Part shown: piece by piece, positions 44,901 to 56,501 of the stretch
Layout: every line of letters starts with the position of its first letter
Numbering within the stretch: the first letter of the stretch is position 1
DNA from: Ostrea edulis
Taxonomy: Eukaryota
DNA length: 64,000 bases
NCBI RefSeq assembly: GCF_947568905.1
Contig: NC_079169.1
Location: 92,876,001 to 92,940,000, forward strand
Reading direction: 5' to 3'
Notes under the pieces: model-generated
The model's input: only the letters and a program-made list of their open reading frames with translations
Database searches by the model: none
What the model was told of the DNA's origin: nothing
Translations under genes and position numbers: made by a program

Positions 44901-47900
44901 GCCAATTCTTCTTCTTATATCTTCATTAGTACCTCCTGTCTTGCTTACTGTTGCTCCGAGGTAAATGAACTCATCCACATCGTTTATGTTGTTCCCATTG
45001 ATGGTTATTGGTGTGATGTTTGCAGCATTTAGACGCATAACTTTGGTTTTTCCTGTATTGATTTTTAAACCTGTTCTAGCTGCATATCTGTTTAGAGAGT
45101 TCAGTTTTTGTTGTATTTGATCTTTGCTGCTGGATAATAAAGCGATGTCGTCTGCAAAATCTAGATCGTCTAATTTTGTTGTCATATTCCATCTTATGCC
45201 TGAGTTGTTATCTGCTGTTGTCTTTTTCAATATCCAGTCAACTACCATGAGGAACAAGAAACCCGACATGTTGCATCCTTGTTTGACACCAGATTTAACA
45301 TTAAACCATTCTGTTGTACCATTCCCATCAAGAACTGCGCATTCACTGTCTTCATACATTAATTTAACCATACTGATTATTACGTCTGGTATTCCATAAG
45401 ATTTCATGATCTTCCAAAGGGTTTCCCTGTGTACGCTGTCGAAGGCATTTTCAAAATCGACGAAGCATAGATAGAGGTTGGAGTTCCATTCTATAGCTTG
45501 TTCTAGAATATTACGTAGGACAAATATCTGTTCCGTAGTGCCTCTTCCTGCCCTGAATCCAGCTTGTTCCATTCTCAAATGTCTGTCTACACCAAGTACA
45601 ATTCTTTTTATTATTATTTTCCCCATTATTTTGGCAGTTGTTGCTATTAGTGTGATTCCTCTCCAATTTCCACAGTTTGTCAGGTCACCTTTCTTTGCTA
45701 ATTTTATTATAAGTCCCCTTCTCCAATCTTTGGGAGCTTTTCCAGTTGTCCAGACAATGTTGTATAGTTTGTGTAGTTCCTTGACAGTTGATTCTATGTC
45801 TGATTTCAATATTTCTACAGTGATGTTATCTACACCTGGAGCTTTGCCTAATTTCATTTCTTTCAATGCTCTCCTTATCTCATCTTCTGTTGGTGGACCT
45901 GTTTCTATGTCTAATTCGATGGACTCCCCTGTTAGTATTTCAGCAGGATCAATAGGGTCTGGTCTATTTAACACTTCGCTGAAGTGTTCCATCCATCTTT
46001 TTCTTATATCTTCCTCTTTAGTCAATAGATTTCCTTCCTTGTTTTTTACTGCCTCAACAGTTTTTGGACGTTCGTTGCACAATAATTTGGTTACATCATA
46101 TACAGTTTTCATGTTTCCGATGTTTGCTGCCTCTTGTGCCTCATTCGCCATGTCGTCTACCCATTGTCGTTTGTCTTTTCTAAAACTTCTTTTCACCTCT
46201 TTGTCTTTGTCCCCATACTTTTCTTTTAGTCTAGCTCTTAATCTCTCTGATCTTGCACTTTCTACTTTGCCCATTAGAACTCGCCTCTCTTCTACCTTTT
46301 TCCAACTGCCCTGGCTTATCCATTCCTGGTTTTTCCTTTTTCTATACCCAAGTACGTTTATGGCAGTTTCATTATATGCAGTTTTAATGTTGTTCCATCT
46401 TTCCTCTATATCATCAGGATTGGGACCTATGGTGTTGTCTTCACTGAGTGCATTAAATCTATTCCTCAGTTCTATTTGGAATTGTTTCCGAACTTCTGAT
46501 ACCTTAAGTTTGCATGTCTCGAATCTTGTTGAAGATGTTGGTTTCTTTCCTATTTTGTGCAGTTTAAGCATTACTTTTGTGATGACTAAATTGTGGTCAG
46601 ATCTGACATCTGCACCTCGGTGTGCTCTGACATCCAACACAGATCTTTTAAAGCGCCCATTGACTGCTACATGGTCTATCTGGTTCTTGTGTTGACCATT
46701 TGGTGAAGTCCATGTCTGCTTGTGTATGTCTTTATGTTTAAACATTGTTGAAGATATTGCCAAGTTGTTGATGGCACAAAATGATGCAAGTCTTTCTCCA
46801 TTATCGTTCCTTTCCGAGTGTAAACCATACTTTCCAACAATTCCATCCTCTCCTTCCTGTTTGTTACCTACTTTTGCATTGATATCGCCAGTTAGAATTA
46901 TAATATCATGGCGTGGAGTGTTGTCTATGACTCCCTGTAGTTGTTCGTAAAAATGATCTTTTGATTCCTCGTCTGCATCATTGGTAGGTGCATACACTTG
47001 TATTAATGTTGTTTTTATATAGTTTGACCAGAACCTGGCAGTTATGATGCGGTCGTTAATGGGTGCCCATTCGTATAATGTCTTGGCTTTCTCCTTTGAT
47101 ATAGCAATAGCAACTCCATTACTGTGATGGTTATCTTTCCTTCCAGAATACAGTATCGTTTCACCTGTCTGGGTTCTGATTTTTCCAGAATCTGTCCATC
47201 TGCATTCGCTTATTCCAAGTATATCTAGGTGGTATCTCTTCATTTCTGCTATTACTTGTGCGGTTTTTCCAGTGGAGTACATAGTTCTTACGTTCCATGA
47301 TCCCAACCTGACGATGTTTTTGGGGCTTGCTAGCATATCCCTCTGTCCGCGAACTTCCTTTTGGCTTTGTCCCGTAGACATCATGCTTGCATCTCTGTCC
47401 GCTATGAAATCATCCTTTGGAGTATGCTCGATAGCTATGCTTACCCCACGACTTCTTATTGACTTGTTCATAGTTTCCGTAATCAACTTCTTTTTATGAG
47501 GTCGGGTGATTAGCCCTACGCTCAACCTCGTTGAGGTGGTTTTTCTGTTGGGGTTTTCCTTCCCTTAGATGACGGTCTTTTTAAGACTATTGGATGCCAT
47601 CCCCCAGGTTTTACATCGGAGTGTCCTTCTCCTAGGTAAGCTGCCATCCCTGGTTGCGAATCTCACCTATCCGGGTTTTACATCGGAGGTTTCCTTCTCC
47701 TAGACAGATAATCATCCCTGATTATCGACATCATGTCTTGCCGGCTATATTCCCATAGCTGGGACAAGGTTGATGAGTGCTAGGGCGTGTCCACACGCCA
47801 GTGGGCCTACACACTGCATCTATGGGGCCCTTGCTGCTCCCAGATCCCCATTAGTTCGGCCTGGTCCCGAGAGAGGCCAGTATCCGTGTGCTGCCAACGT

Positions 47901-50900
47901 GGAGGCACTAATGGAGTCTTGGTAATGTAGAGGCTATGTACTGACAGGAGAGGCTGACGCACTCGGCTCTCTTTTCGCAAAAGGATGCTAGTCAGCGGCA
48001 AATACATGCACTAGACGCATATCACTACCCTGTTGTATATACCACCACCACACTCTGCTATTGTCTATAAACTGCTAATGCCTGTAAACTACTGATACCT
48101 GTAAAAGTTCTGATAATGCCTGTAAACTGCTAATGCCTGTAAAAGTTCTGATAATGCCTGTAAACTGTTAATGCCTGTAAACTGCTGATACCTGTAAAAG
48201 TTCTGATAATGCCTGTAAACTGCTGATACCTGTAAAAGTTCTGATAATGCCTGTAAACTGCTAATGCCTGTAAACTGCTGATACCTATAAAAGTTCTGAT
48301 AATGCCTGTAAACTGATAATGCCTGTAAAAGTTCTGATAATGCCTGTTAACTGCTAATGCCTGTAAACTGCTGATACCTGTAAAAGTTCTGATAATGCCT
48401 GTAAACTGCTAATACCTGTAAACTGCTGATACCTGTAAAAGTTCTGATAATGCCTGTTAATTGCTAATGCCTGTATACTGCTAATGGCTGTAAACTGCTG
48501 ATACCTGTAAAAGTTCTGATAATGCCTGTAAACTGCTAATGCCTGTATACTGCTTATACTCTAGATGGCTATTCTTCAATTCATTTATTGATATCATCAT
48601 GGTTGTATATAGTGAAGAGTTTACATAAATGAACAATGAAATTATTAATTGACATGATAGTTGTTACTAATTAGCATGTACAATGTACCTTACAACACTT
48701 TCAGTATTTGGAAAAACATGTTTCGTTTCCTGCCTTCTAGAATGTTATGTAGTTTTGGATTTCAAAATGCGCAAATTTATGATTACTGTATTTTATTATG
48801 TTTTATATATATGTATATATATTTATATATTTTACTGTGACTTTATCGGTGTAAGTATTGTAAATTCTTGGTATTTCTTATCACAATCTTCATTTTTCTG
48901 TTGCAGATTTGCTTCTTAACCCTGCAATCATCTGTAAAAAGTAACATGAGGGTTATAGTGATAACAGAGACCTTCAACCTTTGTAACCTGACCTCTGACC
49001 CTATTGCTGTGTCACTGAATGCCGTTCCAGTCAGCAACAGTAAGGTATGTGGGCGGTACCAGGTCAGGGTGATGCTGCTTTCAATGTTTCTAGTTTAGTG
49101 ACAGTAACCACCATTTATTATACCCCACGCAACGAAGTTGCGAAGGGTATAATGTTTTTGACCCGTCCGTCCATTTTTTTGTCAGCCCAACTCCTCTGAA
49201 ACCAGTCAACAGAATTTTGTGACACTTTGTAGTTAATAAGATGTGCATATTCCCAGGAAATTCTGATTCAACAATTTCTCTGGGAGTTATGCCCCTTTTG
49301 AACTTCGAATTTCAAGCCCATCTGTCCTCCTTTTGTCAGCGCAACTCCCCTAAGACCACTCGACAGAATTTCATAAAACTTTGTAGTTAATAAGGACACA
49401 CAGTGTAGATGTGCATATTCCCAGGAAATTCTGATTCAATAATTTTTCTGGGAGTTATGCCCTTTTTGAACCTAGAATTTTGAGTCCGTCTGTCCTGTTC
49501 TTGCAGTAATGCATAACATTACCATCCATTATGTGAGGCATTGTCAAGCAATATTGGAGCGTGGGGTGTGTGAGCTTGCTGACTTTTGCTTTCTTTCATT
49601 ATCTCTTATCAACAGAGTTATTCATGCCTCAGTCAGAATTAGCATCGGCCTGCACAATCAAGGAGGCTTCTGAACCCATTGTTTCATGCATGCCTATGTT
49701 CTTATTACACTATTTGGAAAATAAGGTGGTACAGTGAAAACTGTGTAATCCAACACCTGTGTAATCCATTTCACTGGGTATTCTGACCTTTATTTCATTC
49801 TCAATTTCATTGTTTTTACACTGTTTATTCCAACACATTGTGTATTCCGACAAAAAAATTGTCTCCTAGTGTATGTCGGATTAGACAGGTTTCACTGTAC
49901 TTAATGTCTCCCAGTGTATGTCAGATTAGACAAGTTTCACTGTACTTAATGTCTCCCAGTGTATGACAGATTAGACAGGTTTCACTGTACTTAATGTACC
50001 CCAGTGTGTGTCGGATTAGACAGGTTTCACTGTACTTAATGTCTCCCAGTGTATGTCGGATTAGACAGGTTTCACTGTACTTAATGTCTCCCAGTGCATG
50101 TCGGATTAGACAGGTGTCACTGTATAATGAATTTTGGGATGAATACAGAGGTTATCAATCAGTAATTTGATCATACACATATTTGTACACTTTGATATTT
50201 ATTTGCCATTTATTTATTGGACATTTTTGCATAAATGAAGTTTGAAATTTCCTTAGAAAAGAAAACAAAAACTTATCTTTTTTGTTTAGGTCTTTAAAAT
50301 TACTAGGACAGTTAGGCCCCTTTTTTGGTATTTCACTGGTGATCTAAGGTGACCACTAATTAGCTAAACTGGCAGTATATTGAAGTATATTTGACACCTT
50401 GATATGGGCAATCATTTTAAAAACAGAGTGGAGTATGCAAAGTTGGCATTATAAGTGGAGATTATTTAAGGAAAAACGTTTTTAACAAAATGTGGTAGTA
50501 TAATGAAAAATGGCAATGAATTGGCTGGAAATCATTTGTGAATGAACTGTATATACATGTACTTTACTGTTTTGTAAGTTGAAGACTGTTAAAGTTGCAT
50601 GTATATTTTTTTGTAAATCAGGTTGATTTGGTACCCAGTGTGACATCAAAGATACCAAGTCATATGAGATGTAAAAAGGAGCAAACAGACTTCTCCTCAC
50701 TGTTAATGTGGAACGTAGGAGAAAATGCGGACTCTAAACAAGAAACATTCTCCTATTACATCTCTCTCAGAACCGACAAATCAGATGAGGGCTCTCATCA
50801 TCCTCAGGCAGACAGTAAGAAAAATTCTGATTGGTCCCATCCAGTTAGATTGACAGCAACAGAGAGGGGGACAAAGCTGACTGTAGCTGTCCCTGTGTGT

Positions 50901-53900
50901 GCTGGGGACCTCCACACCAGACCATTGTGTATCTCGGGGTTCTTTAGACAGGGGCTCCATTACTTCGTTGTGAGGGAGCATGAATCTCCTTCTTGTCTAA
51001 TACACAATAAAACACAGGTCCCACTCTGTTACGGCCATCAGAATCCAGCTCTAATCACTGCAGGTATGTGTGGCTTATTAAACTTCTCTATTCATTTGAA
51101 ATGCATTAATATTTATTTCTGTGGAGGTCGGGAAAAAATCATGAGGTCTTTCTTTTTAGTAATTTACTTTCCTGGTTTTTGAAGAGTTCAAATTTATGGG
51201 CTTGTCTAAGCCCCAAAAACACTGATTTTTTTCAATACATTAAATCCCTTGGATCTTAAAGTGAACTAGTACAGTGCCAGTGCATCACACACAATAGCTA
51301 TGTGAATGAATATTGTTTCTTTAAACTTTTGCAGGCATTGTTGTTCAGGAACAAACAGAGTTACTGAGTTCACTGCCAACAGTCCCTCCACATAATGATG
51401 TGTTCTACACTCCATTATTGATGAACCAGAGATTCTCAGAATCTGTAGGAGGTGTTCAGTATCCAAGACTACATTTTGGAGTACTGAAAAATCTGGTCAA
51501 CCAGTCCGACAATGCTAAGGAGGTGGTCTGGAGTAGTGCTATTGATGTCAATACAGACATGGAATCATTTGTGTCCATTCCAGGATGTATGGATATCAAG
51601 GTCAAGGTCAAAAGTGTTGCCATGATAACACACATCACTGTGAAAGCAATCAGTAAGGCAGAGGTTTCGGCCAAAGAGATTAGAAGTCGAATCGAAAATG
51701 AGAAAAGTGAAACATCAACTGAAAGCACCCCCTCTAACCAGGAGGATGAGTCTATCATTAGGGATCTGGAAAGTGCAGCCGCATCTTCGATATCTCATCA
51801 GAAGGAAAATTCGAGGGACAGATCTGTAGAAAAGAAAATGGATCTAATCTTAGGACTTCACTGTCATCATGTATGTGTGGTACTGCAGGACGAGACCAGC
51901 TCCACAGAAGAGATATCAGAGGTCCTTCAGGTCTCCATAGATCATTTGTTCCTGGCACACCTTCCCTCATCTAGGTCAAGGTCAGACAAAACTTTTAATG
52001 ACCAGGATCAACATCGATGTTTGTCTCTGTGTCTGGGAAGCTTGCAAGTTGACAATCAACTTTACCTCACTAAAGGACTGTACGACTTTCCTGTTATTTT
52101 CATGGGACAAACTACTCCAGAGTTTCCCGATGTGGTTGGTATGAATGTGATGGAGAAGTTAGCGGTTCTGAAGTCGGTCAGTTTGTGTCATGTACAGGGG
52201 GTGATAGAACACAATTGTCTTGGACACAGCCTGGTGAAGGCCTTAGAGGTCAGTGTCTCCCCCATCACAGTGAACATCGATGACAAATTTGTGTACAGGA
52301 TTCTGAAAGAATTTGATATCCTTCTTCCCACCAGCCTTTCATATCCTAACCTGCCCAATCAAACTTTCAAGAGACTACCCAAGTCTTTCAAATCAGCCTC
52401 TCTTGTGATGAGCTGCCCTGTTAAAATGGAACACCTGAGTGTGAGATCCATATCATTGCTGCTGAGTGTCCATGCTTCTCTCAAGCTTTTTATTGCTTCA
52501 GACAGAACGCCATTAGCTTTTGGAAAGTTTGAGAAAGACAAAGTTGTGACTACCTCTTATCATCTCATCAAAGCCCTAGCAATGCACTACGCCTCAGGTG
52601 CCCTCTTCAGAGCTGGTGAGTACTAATAAAGCGTCAGGTGCCCTCTTCAGAGCTGGTGAGTACTCATAAAAGTTTCCTGGATGTACAGTGAAACCTCTCT
52701 AATTTCATGTCAGTTTTGCGTCAGAATAGACAAGATAGATGTCAGATTGCAGTGTGTGGTGCATGGGAAAACATAATTAGACAAGATAAATGTCAGATTG
52801 CACAGTGTGTGGTGCATGGGAAAACATAATTAGACAAGATAGATGTCAGATTGCACAGTGTGTGGTGCATGGGAAAACATAATTAGACAAGGTAGATGTC
52901 AGATTGCACAGTATGTGGTGCATGGGAAAACATAATTAGACAAGGTAGATGTCAGATTGCACAGTGTGTGGTGCATGGGAAAACAAAAATAGACAAGGTA
53001 GATTGTAATTAAAAGATTTATATAGCACCCTATCAATATTAGTTCTCTAAAGCGCTTTACAAATGTGAAAGAAAAGATAATATAAAATCGATGTGAACAC
53101 ACATGTGAATAAAATATTCATAGATGTCATAATGCACAGTGTGTGGTGCATGGGAAAACATAATTAGGAATAAAGATAGGGTCAGGAGATTCACAGTAAA
53201 CAGACTTCCTATTATTCAGGATTTAAAGGGACTGGTTCACGATTTTTGAAGAAAAAAAATTTCATTTTTTATGTTAAACATTAAAAGTATAACTCATTTA
53301 ATGTTGACAGCCAAAATTTTGACCTTCTGAATGCAAGAATGAAAGCAACAATTTAGCCTTAAATCTGTGTTATGTAAACAAAGACTCGAGTCTTTTAATG
53401 TATACAGACAAACCAGTAAAATATTAGTTTTGTAATATAAAGCATCTTAATTTTGTATAGTCACAAAATTTAACTTTTAGATGTCACATTTTACCCTAAG
53501 AATGCTTGAAATGTGAAAGATATAATAAACTTAGATCAATATCCATTTCTTTTGAAAATTTCGTAAACAATAACTTACCGCAATCTTTGTTTACAAAACA
53601 AATAATAAACTCTCTAAAATGAGCTTCTGTGATAATGTATAACCTTAATTCTTATGTGGAATCTTTTAAACACATTAGACAGTAGATATTGATCGTTAAA
53701 AGTGAAAAACAAAATTTGGGGAAAATTGTGAATCAGTCCCTTTAATAGTCTTACATTACAGTATTGTATGCAAAATTTGTATGCTTATTCTTGATTCTTT
53801 AAAAATTTTACAAAAGTATGAAATAATGTATACATCATGCATACCCTTGTATCTGTTGTTTTATGATACCTTGTATTGTAGGCATTGTGGTAGGCTCACT

Positions 53901-56448
53901 GGAGATTCTAGGAAACCCCACAGGTCTGATTCGTAGCATAGGAACCGGGGTGGCAGACCTAGTCAAGAAGCCGTACGATGGTCTGACGCGAGGCCCAGGG
54001 GCTTTTGTTGGGGGAGTGTCCAGCGGAATGTCGTCCTTTGTCAGAAATATATCAGCAGGTAATTACAGAGTGCATCATCAAAACAATGGTTGCATTCCTA
54101 GGTCAGTCATATTTCAAATGTGTTGTAATTGATTTGTGTAGCATGATGAATTCTCTGGATTATTGCTGTATAAATATGTATAGCATTCTTACTTTTATCA
54201 GATTGATAAACTGTACCATAGTTTTTAGAACTGTATTGTCTTGTCAGGCTTTATAAGTTTCTGTATGGATACAGTAAAACATAGTGCTAGTGGTTTTTCG
54301 TTGTAAAGACCTCCGTTTCTTTATGAAGTCCCACTTATAATAGAGTCCTGCCTATAATGAGGATTTTCACTCCTGTGGTTAGCAGTACATATAAATTAAA
54401 TGGAAATACTGATAACAATGTATGATTTAGAAAAAATTATCTGTACCTGTAGCCTGTCTTTAGCCATTGTTTGCTTTAATTAATTCACTGTTTCTGGGGC
54501 CTGTGTGTAGACGTGCAATGCTTTAATTAATTCACTGTCTTTGGGCCCTGTCTATAGTTCTGCAGTGCTTTAATTAATTCACTGTATCTGGGGTCCGTCT
54601 ATAGCCCTGCAGTGCTTTAATTAATTCACTGTCCCTGGGGCCTGTCTATAGCCGTGCAGTGCTTTAATTAATTCGCTGTCTCTGGGGTCCATCTGTAGAT
54701 GTGCAGTGCTTTAATTAATTCGCTGTCTCTGGGGCCTGTCGATAGCCGTGCAGTGCTTTAATTAATTTGCTGTCTCTGGGGCCCATCTATAACCCCACAG
54801 TGCTGTAATTAATTCACTGTCTCTGGGGCCTGTCTATAACCGTGCAGTGCTTTAATTAATTCACTGTCTCTGGGGCCCATCTGTAGCCGTGCAGTGCTTT
54901 AATTAATTCACTGTCTCTGGGGCCTGTCTATAGCCGTGCAGTGCTTTAATTAATTCATTGTCTCTGGGGCCCGTGTGTAGTCATGCAGTGCTTTAATTAA
55001 TTCACTGTCTCTTCGGCCTGTCTATAGCCGTGCAGTGCTTTAATTAATTCGCTGTCTCTGGGGCCTGTCTATAGCCGTGCAGTGCTTTAATTAATTTGCT
55101 GTCTCTGGGGCCCATCTATAACCCCACAGTGCTGTAATTAATTCACTGTCTCTGGGGCCTGTCTATAGCCGTGCAGTGCTTTAATTAATTCACTGTCCCT
55201 GGGGCCTGTCTATAGCCGTGCAGTGCTTTAATTAATTCGCTGTCTCTGGGGTCCATCTGTAGATGTGCAGTGCTTTAATTAATTCACTGTCTCTGGGGCC
55301 TGTCTATAGCCGTGCAGTGCTTTAAATAATTTGCTGTCTCTGGGGCCCATCTATAACCCCACAGTGCTGTAATTAATTCACTGTCCCTGGGTCCCATCTA
55401 TAGCTGCACCCTTTTCTAATTATACTTATTACAGGTATGCTGACTTCCGTGACTAACTTCGCCTCCAGTGTATCCAGGAATATGGATCGTCTGTCCCTCG
55501 ACGAATCCCACATGGAGCGGCAGGAAGAGCGACGTCGTCAGCAGCCGGAAGGGATTTCAAGTGGACTCCGTCAGGGACTCACAGGATTCGGCATAAGTCT
55601 GCTCGGTCAGTGTTTAGTAGAAGTATCTGCTCGGTCAGTGTTTAGTAGAAGTATATAAGTCTGCTCGGTCAGTGTTTAGTAAAAGTATACAGTGGAGCCT
55701 CGGTAATCCGGACGCCATTAATCCGGACGCTTCACCTTCCGGACGATTTTTCTAGGGAACGGAATTTTTATATGTTATTTTGCATCATTAATCCGGAAAT
55801 TCGCGTTCCGGATCCGGACGGTCACTTTTTACTACAAAACGTTATAATGCATTGAAAATTGTACCGTTAATCCGGACGGTAATTTTGTTTAGGGAAGGTC
55901 TGTGTCGGATAATTTTAGCAAGGCGTAAATTATAAAGAAAACAAGCCAAACTGTCTAATTGAAGCGATTACCTGTACCCTGTCAACACCACCCTCCAATA
56001 CTTCTCATTACCAGCTCATTAGAGTTATCGCGCTTTGATGACTCTTGTGCGTCATTGGTAAGAAAATGCACAAGTCTCGCGAGCAAGTGCGAGATTACTG
56101 GGACATACACGAAACGTACATAGCAACAACCCCCCCCCCCCCCCCCCTTTTAAGTTAAAGTACATTGTGTATCTTTAAATAGAATAGCCATTGATCAAAC
56201 TGCATTTTTAAATATTCTAACACTAGTTTATCAAAGATGTTACATGTTTGTTTTTTTTAAAACTCTGCTACACCTAATTTAAAAATTCCAAACAACGATG
56301 TTCTCTGTCCTAAGTCAATCAATATTTTGTAATTTTTCAAAATAGCTTAGATGCAGTTTGGAAACGCATTTGTTATGTTAATTAGTGTTATAAACGTCTT
56401 TAAAATGCAGTTTGGCAAATAAATATATAACTTATTCTAAAATATTGG

Positions 56449-56501
<53 letters not shown>

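Larger units (their letters stand above)
44361..48053 (-). mobile_element. Full-length RTE-clade non-LTR retrotransposon, antisense in VPS13B intron 42
   Basis: Single APE+RT ORF; roughly 530-nt 5' region starting with an HDV-like ribozyme; very short 3' tail TAA-GTCAAGTAAGTC; imperfect TSD GCTA(C/T)TGTCT at 44351-44360 and 48057-48066. Confidence 0.9.

Noticed and set aside
45478-46695. 405-aa plus-strand ORF
   Set aside because: It is the antisense shadow of the RTE ORF: Ser/Leu/Phe-rich, with no motifs.
47807-48007. 66-aa minus-strand ORF as RTE ORF1
   Set aside because: It overlaps the ribozyme fold, has no recognisable motif and does not abut the main ORF; it is probably incidental.
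1410-56500. Scattered G/C homopolymer runs as G-quadruplex elements
   Set aside because: These are isolated mononucleotide runs with no consistent spacing or position. They are common in this kind of genome and prone to sequencing length error.
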